A stretch of DNA of 32,000 nt from Candidatus Omnitrophota bacterium (lineage in GTDB: Bacteria > Omnitrophota > Gorgyraeia > 2-01-FULL-45-10): the NCBI GenBank assembly GCA_023818895.1, contig JAMWCX010000001.1:599789-631788 (forward strand), given 5' to 3'. Positions within the stretch are counted from its first letter, which is position 1; every line of letters begins with the position of its first letter. Made by a program: the position numbers and the translations under genes. Below are positions 25,499-32,000 of the stretch, piece by piece. The notes beneath the pieces were generated by a model. The model saw nothing but the letters and a program-made list of their open reading frames with translations. It made no database searches and was not told the origin of the DNA.

Positions 25499-26602
25499 TT
25501 AGATGATGGTCTTGTCGGTAGCCTTGTCGAAGAAGTGGATCTTGGACATATCAAAGACGACATCCATATCTTGATTAATCGCCGGCTTGTCATGACCGCC
25601 GACTTTAGCTATAAGTGAATTCTTTCCAGTATTTAAGTAAAGGTATGATTCCGCGCCCATCGGTTCTATGACTTCACAGGTAACCCGTATAGTATTTTCT
25701 GGCGACGCCTCAGAGACAAAAAGTTTATCGTATATATCTTCAGGCCTTATACCGAATGTGACTTCCTCGTCAACATAGAACTGTAGTTTGTCGATCATCG
25801 AATCTATTATCCTGACTTGGAAATTCCCTTCGTTAAAATAAAACTTGCCATCCTTTTTTATAATTGTGCCGTTTACGAAGTTCATCGGCGGCGTTCCTAT
25901 GAAACCCGCGACGAACCTGTTGGCAGGCTTGTCATATAAAGTTATGGGATCGGCTATTTGTTGTATATAGCCGTCCTTCATAACCACGATTCGGTTTCCC
26001 ATCGTCATCGCCTCAACCTGGTCATGTGTCACATATATCATCGTCGTCTGCAGTCTTATGTGCAGTTTCTTGATCTCGGTCCTCATTTGGACGCGCATCT
26101 TCGCATCGAGATTGGAAAGGGGTTCGTCGAAAAGAAAGACAAGGGGCTTGCGAACTATCGCCCTGCCTACCGCGACACGCTGTCGCTGCCCGCCTGAGAG
26201 CTCTCTCGGTTTACGATGAAGAAGGTTCTCTATCCCAAGAATCGCCGCGGCTTCTCTGACACGGCTGTCGATTTCGGCTTTCGGATACTTCCTCAACTTA
26301 AGACCGAACGCCATGTTCTCATAGACTGACATATGCGGATAAAGGGCGTAATTCTGAAATACCATGGCGATATTTCTATCCTTTGGAGGAACGTCGTTTA
26401 CGCGCTGGTTGCCTATGTAGATATCGCCAGTCGTAGCTTCTTCGAGGCCGGCTATTATCCTCAACGTAGTGGATTTGCCGCAGCCGGAAGGGCCTACGAA
26501 AACAACAAATTCCCTGTTTTCGATGCCAAGGTTAATATCACGTATCGCCCAGACATTTCCAGGGAAAGATTTTGAAATATTCTTAAGGCTTACCTGCGCC
26601 AT
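25499..26602 (-). CDS. ABC transporter ATP-binding protein, MalK/UgpC/MsmX carbohydrate-importer type
   Basis: 367 aa. It has Walker A (GPSGCGKST), the signature LSGGQRQR, Walker B (LFDEPLS) and a C-terminal TOBE-like regulatory domain. No permease or binding-protein gene is present in the window. Confidence 0.9.
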   Translation of the reverse strand: MAQVSLKNISKSFPGNVWAIRDINLGIENREFVVFVGPSGCGKSTTLRIIAGLEEATTGDIYIGNQRVNDVPPKDRNIAMVFQNYALYPHMSVYENMAFGLKLRKYPKAEIDSRVREAAAILGIENLLHRKPRELSGGQRQRVAVGRAIVRKPLVFLFDEPLSNLDAKMRVQMRTEIKKLHIRLQTTMIYVTHDQVEAMTMGNRIVVMKDGYIQQIADPITLYDKPANRFVAGFIGTPPMNFVNGTIIKKDGKFYFNEGNFQVRIIDSMIDKLQFYVDEEVTFGIRPEDIYDKLFVSEASPENTIRVTCEVIEPMGAESYLYLNTGKNSLIAKVGGHDKPAINQDMDVVFDMSKIHFFDKATDKTII

Positions 26603-26648
26603 ATGGCTTTATACCTTATCATAAGAGAGCAAATGGCAATATGTAAAT

Positions 26649-27491
26649 CTAAAAATAACTTAAAAGCTTGGAGAGCATCTCCTTCATATTTTTCCTGTGA
26701 ACTATCATATCTATGAGGCCATGGCTTAACAAAAACTCAGATCTCTGGAACCCTGGAGGCAACTTCTGCCTTATCGTCTGCTCTATTACCCTTGGGCCGG
26801 TAAATCCTATGAGCGCCTTTGGCTCAGCGATTATGAAATCTCCTAATGACGCGAAGCTCGCCATTATCCCTGCCATGGTCGGATTGGTAAGAATAGAAAT
26901 AAAAAGCCCGCCCGATCTGTCCAAGCGGCTTAAGGCCGCTGAGGTCTTGGCCATCTGCATAAGTGAAAACATCCCCTCATACATCCTCGCGCCGCCGCCG
27001 GAGCCAGATACTATTATAAGCGGCAGTTTTTCCTTGGTCGCCTTCTCGATAGCCCTGGTAAGCTTCTCGCCGACCACCGAACCCATTGAACCCATTATGA
27101 AGCGTGAGTCGGTTACGCCGAAAACCACGCTCTTGCCATAGATTTTACCGGTTCCTGTTACAACAGCCTCTTTAAGGCCCGTGGCCTCCTGATCCTGCTT
27201 CATCTTCGCTTTGTATGTCTTAGGTCCTTCGAAGGAGAGCGGATCGAGCGATTCCATGCCCTCATCCATCTCTTTGAAAGTCCCGTCATCGATGAGAAGC
27301 TTTATCCTTTCATGAGCTCCGAGCGTGAAGTGGAAACCGCATTTATGGCAGACTCGTAGGTTCTCCTCGAGCTTTTTATTATAGATGAGCTCTCCGCACT
27401 CCTCGCATTTGGTCCAAAGTCCGCCCGGGATATCGCGTTTCTTCGCGACTTTTACAATGGTATATTTCGGTTTTCTTGGGAATAAAGGCAT
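26649..27491 (-). CDS. accD: Acetyl-CoA carboxylase carboxyltransferase beta subunit
   Basis: 280 aa. The N-terminal Zn ribbon reads CEECGELIY...CHKCG. It is followed by carboxyltransferase motifs (SGGARMYEG, MAGIMASFA). Confidence 0.9.
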   Translation of the reverse strand: MPLFPRKPKYTIVKVAKKRDIPGGLWTKCEECGELIYNKKLEENLRVCHKCGFHFTLGAHERIKLLIDDGTFKEMDEGMESLDPLSFEGPKTYKAKMKQDQEATGLKEAVVTGTGKIYGKSVVFGVTDSRFIMGSMGSVVGEKLTRAIEKATKEKLPLIIVSGSGGGARMYEGMFSLMQMAKTSAALSRLDRSGGLFISILTNPTMAGIMASFASLGDFIIAEPKALIGFTGPRVIEQTIRQKLPPGFQRSEFLLSHGLIDMIVHRKNMKEMLSKLLSYF

Positions 27492-27492
27492 A

Positions 27493-28134
27493 TCATTTCC
27501 TCAAAAGCTCTCTGGCCTTATCAACGGCGCCGGCCGCGTCCTTTGCGTATCCGTCCGCCCCTATCGCCGATGCGAAATCCTGCGTGACAGGCGCGCCGCC
27601 CACCAAGACCTTTACCTTATGGCGTATACCCGATTCCTTGAGGGCGTTTATTGTGTCTTTCATCGCGCCCATTGATGTGGTCAGAAGGCTCGACATGGCT
27701 ATAACGTCCACTTCCTTGGCCTTCGCGGCGTCTATGAATCTTTGCGGGCTTACATCTATACCCAGATCCTCTATCTCGAAACACGCGCCCTTAAGCATCA
27801 TGCTTACTATATTCTTGCCTATATCATGAAGATCGCCCTTGACCGTCCCGATGAGAACCCTACCTACCGGCTTGATGCCGTGCTTTGTAAAATGCGGTTC
27901 GAGTAGCGCCATTCCTTCCTGCATCGCCTTGGCCGAGATAAGGACTTCTGGTATAAATATCTCATTACGCTTGAACTTACCGCCCACTATCTCCATCCCG
28001 GCTATGAGCGCCTTGTCCATTACATCTTTTAGACTGATACCTTCTTCCAAAGCCGCTTTTGTGAGGGCTACAACGGCGGCGCGATCACCGTTCATGATCG
28101 CGTCTCTTATATTCTGCAACACCTTCTCTTCCAT
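27493..28134 (-). CDS. Corrinoid (cobalamin)-binding protein, MtaC/MtbC/MetH-B12-domain type
   Basis: 213 aa. An N-terminal helical cap is followed by the DxHxxG motif (GDLHDIGKNIV) and a Rossmann part (DVIAMSSLLTT...VLVGGAP). A single nucleotide separates its stop from the accD ATG (TGAtATG). Confidence 0.85.
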   Translation of the reverse strand: MEEKVLQNIRDAIMNGDRAAVVALTKAALEEGISLKDVMDKALIAGMEIVGGKFKRNEIFIPEVLISAKAMQEGMALLEPHFTKHGIKPVGRVLIGTVKGDLHDIGKNIVSMMLKGACFEIEDLGIDVSPQRFIDAAKAKEVDVIAMSSLLTTSMGAMKDTINALKESGIRHKVKVLVGGAPVTQDFASAIGADGYAKDAAGAVDKARELLRK

Positions 28135-28148
28135 CCTGAGAATCCTCT

Positions 28149-29405
28149 CTAATGTTTATTTATGACTATGCCTGATACCGGTTTTGGATAAAAATAGGTA
28201 GCCTTCCTTGGCATCTTCTCACCGAGCCGCGCGATGCTTTTCACCTGCGATACTTCCGTTGGATTTAGAAAAAATGCCAAGGCAAATTTTCCGCTGTCGA
28301 CCAGACTGACCGTCTCCTTGGGGCTCTTCACAAACTCGACATTGTCATCGTCATCCCTTATTCCGAGTAAGTGCTGAAATATGAAAAGGTGCAGTATCGA
28401 AACATCAAGCCTTTTCCACTGCCTTGGTTTATCCTTTATTACCTCATCCACCGCTCGCGCGTCTTTAAGGACAAGCAGATAAAAGCCATTGGCAGGCGCA
28501 TACATTCCGAAGGCATGATGGCTTTTAAGTCTTTCCATATCCTTAATCATGGCCTGGAGGGTCGGCTTCTTTGCGACTCTGAAAAATTTTCCAAGGCGCT
28601 CCAATATCTCTTCTACCTTGAGGCCTCCCACATCTACGATTAGCCTATGCGCCGGCAGGACCGTAAGCATCCTCTCATTCGCTTCAACGAAATATGCCAT
28701 AACATACTTTGAGCCTGTGTCTTGTGACTCAGCTGAATACATTCGCGATACCTCAAAACGATGATGGCCGTCCGCGATAAATGTTCTTTTGCCATTCATC
28801 AAGCGCTCCAGTTTCTTTATATCACGCTCATCGTCCATTCTCCAGGCCCTGTTCCGCACGCCTTCAAACATTACATCGATAAAAGGTTTCTTTGCGGTAA
28901 TCTTCTTTAGAAGAGAAAGCACTCTATGAGAGGAATCATCATAAAGAACGAATATAGGACTTAGGTTTGCCCTAACCTGCCTTATCAAATTAAGCCTGTC
29001 TATTTTGGGCGCGAGCAAAGTATTCTCATGGGGCAAGACCTTACCGGACCCTTTAGCATCTATTTCCATAAGCGCGAGAAACCCTATCCTATCGACATGC
29101 TTAGCGCCATCCTTATATCGCTGTGAATAGACGTAAAACGTCGGTTTTTTGTCCCGCACAAGTATGCCCTTCTCAAGCCATGACTCAAAAAACTTCTTTG
29201 CCCTGGTGTAACGGTTTTCGTTCACATCATCGGATGGTTCTATTTTGTTGAGCTCCAACCTGACTATATTATAAGGGCTCAACCTACAAAGCTCGTCCTG
29301 CATCTTTTCAGATATTATATCGTAAGGCGGGGCTATGACAGATTCCAGTTTTTTTATTCGACCTGCGTTATAAACAATTCCTCTGAAAGGCGCTATCTTT
29401 GGCAA
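28149..29405 (-). CDS. DUF1015 family protein (function unknown)
   Basis: 418 aa. The N-terminal IAPFRGIVYN...VIAPPYDIIS matches my recollection of the DUF1015 signature. The start codon is TTG. Confidence 0.7.
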   Translation of the reverse strand: MPKIAPFRGIVYNAGRIKKLESVIAPPYDIISEKMQDELCRLSPYNIVRLELNKIEPSDDVNENRYTRAKKFFESWLEKGILVRDKKPTFYVYSQRYKDGAKHVDRIGFLALMEIDAKGSGKVLPHENTLLAPKIDRLNLIRQVRANLSPIFVLYDDSSHRVLSLLKKITAKKPFIDVMFEGVRNRAWRMDDERDIKKLERLMNGKRTFIADGHHRFEVSRMYSAESQDTGSKYVMAYFVEANERMLTVLPAHRLIVDVGGLKVEEILERLGKFFRVAKKPTLQAMIKDMERLKSHHAFGMYAPANGFYLLVLKDARAVDEVIKDKPRQWKRLDVSILHLFIFQHLLGIRDDDDNVEFVKSPKETVSLVDSGKFALAFFLNPTEVSQVKSIARLGEKMPRKATYFYPKPVSGIVINKH

Positions 29406-29791
29406 TATTGGGCCCTCTGGCTCTTCTTATCCGCTATATAGACAAATATACCGGTTAGCGAAGCGGCACAATCTGTCAGGTAGTCAAATATATCGGATGA
29501 TCTTCCCGGGATAAGCCGTTGATACAATTCATCAGCGGCTCCGCAACATAGTGATATAATTATAGCCAAAATGGCCATTTTTGCAAGACTAAGATTAAAG
29601 CGAGAATGATCCAGAGCCCTAATTAGAAGGGCGCCTAGAATAAAATATTCAAGAGCATGAAATATCTTATCGCTATAAGGAATATTGAGATGCGGCAGGT
29701 CCTCGCCTGGGGTAGATGAGATACTGTAGATAATCAAGAGGCAGGCGATAAGAGGAACCCAGAAGATAAATATCGTCCTCAAGGTCCTCAC
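29393..29791 (-). CDS. VanZ-like family membrane protein
   Basis: 132 aa and about 4 TM helices. It contains FHALEYFILG and DELYQRLIPGRSSDIFDYLTD, matching the VanZ pattern DExxQxxxPxRxxxxxD. The GTG start overlaps the fmdB stop. Confidence 0.75.
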   Translation of the reverse strand: MRTLRTIFIFWVPLIACLLIIYSISSTPGEDLPHLNIPYSDKIFHALEYFILGALLIRALDHSRFNLSLAKMAILAIIISLCCGAADELYQRLIPGRSSDIFDYLTDCAASLTGIFVYIADKKSQRAQYCQR

Positions 29792-30054
29792 TTTTGGTCT
29801 TTGTTTAAAGAACAGCCCTTACAGCCATCGCCCTTAGGTTCCGGGCAGGAATCGCCTTTCTTCGGCTCAGGTTTTTTCTTGTAATCGGTCTGGTAGAAAC
29901 CGTTGCCTTTGAATATAATGCCGCCGCCTGTACCTATCAAACGGTGAACGTTGGCGCCGCACTTTGGACACTCCTTCAGGGGCTCATCATTCATCTTCTG
30001 GAATTTCTCGAAACTATACCCGCATCCATCGCATTGGTATTCGTATGTAGGCAT
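29788..30054 (-). CDS. FmdB-family zinc-ribbon protein (CxxC_CxxC_SSSS)
   Basis: 88 aa. MPTYEYQCDGCGYSFEKFQKMNDEPLKECPKCGA is the family hallmark. An AAGGAGA Shine-Dalgarno sequence lies 6 nt upstream of the start. Confidence 0.85.
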   Translation of the reverse strand: MPTYEYQCDGCGYSFEKFQKMNDEPLKECPKCGANVHRLIGTGGGIIFKGNGFYQTDYKKKPEPKKGDSCPEPKGDGCKGCSLNKDQK

Positions 30055-30148
30055 TTGATTCTCCTTGTTGAAGATTATGGGAAGTCGATAATTCCTCGCA
30101 AGAAGCCTTTGGTTTAATCTTAATGGCTCCTGTTCTGCCGACTTCCGA

Positions 30149-31318
30149 CTATCTGAACATTCTTTTCATCTTCTCCATAAACGACTTAGCAAAGGGGCCT
30201 AAACCATTAGCCGATACTTTCGCGTATTCTTTCAGGGCCTTTCGCTGCTCCGGATTAAGATCCGTAGGAACATCTATCTGGACTTTCACGAGCTGGTCGC
30301 CGATACCGGAATCGTGAAGGTGCGCTATCCCCTTGCCTCTTAGTCGGAACATCCTTCCGCCCTGGGTACCGGCTGGAATCTTCATCATTATCCTGCCTCC
30401 GAGCGTCGGCACCTCTATCTCCCCACCGAAAACCGCTGTCGTAAAACTGATCGGCACCTCGCAATAGATATCATATCCATGGCGCTCAAATAGTTCGTGA
30501 GGTTTTACATAGAGAAGTATATAAAGGTCGCCGTGCGGGCCGCCTCGCTCACCGGCCTCGCCCTCGCCGTGTATCCGCAGCCGTGAGCCTGAGTCAACAC
30601 CAGCCGGTATCTTAACCTTGATATTTCTCTTTGTCTTTACACGGCCTCTGCCGCCACATGTCGGGCATGGCGTCTTAACGACGGATCCTTCGCCACCACA
30701 CTTGCGGCAGGTCTGAACAACGTTGAAAAATCCGCTCGAGGATCTTATCTGACCACGGCCGCCGCACTCATAGCATTCTTCGCGTTTAGATCCGCGCTTG
30801 GCACCGGTGCCGCCGCACTCTGGGCAAGTCTCATAACGCGGTATCGATATGGTCTTCTCGGTGCCAAAAGCCGCCTCTTCAAAGCTTATCTCGAGCTGGT
30901 ACTCAAGATCTGAGCCGCGGCGTAAGGCGCTACGCCTACCAGAAGTGCCGAATGATTCCCCGAATATGTCGTCTCCAAAACCAAACCCCCTGAAGAGGTC
31001 GCTTAAATCCATACCTCCGAATATATCTCTCAGGTCGTCGAAGTGGTGGAAATCCTGCCAACTAAAACCTCCCTGCCTGAAAGCCCCTTCAACGCCGGCG
31101 TGTCCGTACTGGTCATAATCCTGGCGCTTTTTGGGATCCACCAGAACTTCGTACGCTTCGGAAATCTCCTTGAACTTTTCTTCAGCCTCCTTCTTTTTGT
31201 CAGCCGGCACCCTATCAGGATGGTATTTGAGCGCAAGGTTCCTGTACGCCTTCTTTATATCGTCGGCGCTCGCGGTTTTCGGGATTCCCAAAACTTCGTA
31301 GTAATCACGTTTGCTCAT
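30149..31318 (-). CDS. dnaJ: Molecular chaperone DnaJ
   Basis: 389 aa. It has a J domain with HPD (YYEVLGI...KYHPD), a G/F-rich linker and four CxxCxGxG zinc-finger repeats. Confidence 0.95.
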   Translation of the reverse strand: MSKRDYYEVLGIPKTASADDIKKAYRNLALKYHPDRVPADKKKEAEEKFKEISEAYEVLVDPKKRQDYDQYGHAGVEGAFRQGGFSWQDFHHFDDLRDIFGGMDLSDLFRGFGFGDDIFGESFGTSGRRSALRRGSDLEYQLEISFEEAAFGTEKTISIPRYETCPECGGTGAKRGSKREECYECGGRGQIRSSSGFFNVVQTCRKCGGEGSVVKTPCPTCGGRGRVKTKRNIKVKIPAGVDSGSRLRIHGEGEAGERGGPHGDLYILLYVKPHELFERHGYDIYCEVPISFTTAVFGGEIEVPTLGGRIMMKIPAGTQGGRMFRLRGKGIAHLHDSGIGDQLVKVQIDVPTDLNPEQRKALKEYAKVSANGLGPFAKSFMEKMKRMFR

Positions 31319-31345
31319 AGTATAGATTATCGTTCCGCATAAAGT

Positions 31346-31409
31346 TTAAGGCTAAGGTCAAGGATAAGTTTATTTCCAGCTAAGTCTTAACCTCGAGCCT
31401 TAGCCTTAG
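31346..31409 (-). other. Imperfect stem-loop in the dnaK-dnaJ intergenic region
   Basis: There is a perfect 11-bp stem, taaggctaagg (31347-31357) paired with ccttagcctta (31398-31408). It extends by about 6 more pairs with one bulge and one mismatch. No U-run follows on the minus strand, so it is not a canonical intrinsic terminator. Confidence 0.4.
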
Positions 31410-31424
31410 CGCTATTTAATTATA

Positions 31425-32000
31425 TTAGCGTTTCTTGTCCCCTTCATCTTCCGCGGTATATTCCGCGTCAATGACGTCATCCTGCTTGCCGCCTCCGGCC
31501 TGACCGGCGCCTTCTTGCGGCCCTGACGATGCGCCTTGCGGGCCACCTTGTGGGCCGCCCGCACCCGTCTTCTGGCCGGCGCTTTTCTTGTAAACCTCTT
31601 CGGCTAGCTTGTGAGAAGCTCTGGTAAGCTCTTCCATGCCGCGCTTTACGCTTGCGATATTTTTGTCCTTCATGGCCTGCTTCAGATCATTTATGCGCGA
31701 CTCTATCTCGGCCCTCTCGCTCTGGCTTATCTTATCGCCGAATTCTTTGAGAGACTTTTCAGTCGCGTATACAAGGGAATCCGCCTGATTTATCGTCTCA
31801 ACCTCTTCCTTGCGCTTGGCGTCCTCAGAAGCAAATCTCTCAGCTTCCTTGATCATTTTATCTATCTCTTCTTTTGAGAGTTTTTTCGGCGCGGTTATTT
31901 TTATAGACTGTTCCTTGCCGGTGCCGAGGTCTTTGGCGGATACGTGAACTATGCCGTTTGCGTCTATATCAAAAGTCACCTCTATCTGCGGCACGCCTCT
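31425..32000 (-). CDS. dnaK: Molecular chaperone DnaK, C-terminal part (N-terminus beyond the right window edge)
   Basis: The reading frame is open to position 32000. It contains (RG)[22 protein letters not shown], the lid helices and a G/P/Q-rich tail. The 'M' at 31994 in the track is an internal GTG (Val). Confidence 0.95.
   Translation of the reverse strand, partial: RGVPQIEVTFDIDANGIVHVSAKDLGTGKEQSIKITAPKKLSKEEIDKMIKEAERFASEDAKRKEEVETINQADSLVYATEKSLKEFGDKISQSERAEIESRINDLKQAMKDKNIASVKRGMEELTRASHKLAEEVYKKSAGQKTGAGGPQGGPQGASSGPQEGAGQAGGGKQDDVIDAEYTAEDEGDKKR

Noticed and set aside
26603-26648. TTTACA-18-TATGAT promoter-like hexamers in the accD / ABC-ATPase spacer
   Set aside because: The -10 element ends only 15 nt before the ATG, leaving almost no leader and no good Shine-Dalgarno spacing. 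Read-through from accD is equally plausible, so I have not listed it as a feature.
30085-30145. An 8-bp inverted repeat, ggaagtcg / cgacttcc, in the dnaJ-fmdB spacer
   Set aside because: The arms are short and separated by a loop of about 45 nt, and no U-tract follows. This is within chance expectation for a 32-kb window.
30255-30464. Same-strand nested ORFs out of frame within real genes (also 2830-3033, 7635-7847, 11360-11557, 13015-13203, 13319-13513, 14701-14943, 19969-20163 and 31030-31236)
   Set aside because: The translations are Arg/Ser-rich with no recognisable domains, and each ORF is embedded in a well-supported CDS. Nothing suggests genuine overlapping genes or programmed frameshifting.
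1-32000. Defence systems, CRISPR arrays, prophage or transposon content
   Set aside because: I recognised no repeat-spacer arrays, nucleases, integrases, transposases or phage structural genes. The only repeat of note is the 14-mer at 17114-17209.

Overview
All credible genes in this 32-kb window lie on the minus strand, and I count 32 of them, including two that run off the window edges. Many junctions are 1-4 nt start/stop overlaps. I saw no rRNA, tRNA, CRISPR array, transposase, integrase or phage genes. All domain calls come from motif recognition by eye; no search could be run.

Read in the direction of transcription (high to low coordinates), the window has three parts.

(1) A housekeeping block: dnaK (3' part), dnaJ, then a tightly coupled fmdB-type zinc ribbon / VanZ / DUF1015 / corrinoid-binding protein / accD string. 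After that come an orphan MalK-like ABC ATPase, two tandem membrane GAF-GGDEF diguanylate cyclases, a transaldolase/F6P aldolase and lptD. The presence of lptD indicates a diderm host.

(2) A roughly 12-kb nucleotide-sugar and glycan block behind a putative promoter at about 19.75 kb. It encodes ugd, an rmlC-like cupin, rmlA, rmlB, rmlD, a WbpO/TviB-like dehydrogenase, a WbpP/TviC-like 4-epimerase, UDP-xylose synthase, a B12-binding radical SAM enzyme, a GT2 and two membrane-anchored SGNH proteins.

(3) A separately promoted, translationally coupled tailoring operon from 7317 to beyond position 1. It encodes a LexA-DNA-binding-domain-only protein, a DegT aminotransferase, a third SGNH paralog, a Zn-ribbon methyltransferase, an AsnB-type amidotransferase, a radical SAM/SPASM-twitch enzyme and a GT4 (truncated by the window edge).

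The best candidates for something undescribed are:
- the tailoring operon with two different radical SAM enzymes in a glycan locus;
- the trio of TM-anchored SGNH paralogs with no MBOAT/AT3 partner;
- the LexA-DBD-only protein with a palindrome over its own predicted transcription start;
- a 14-bp tandem plus inverted repeat bridging rmlA and rmlB;
- the fmdB-vanZ-DUF1015-corrinoid-accD string.

No wzx/wzy/wzm/wzt, priming transferase or export genes are visible, so the locus probably continues past the left edge.
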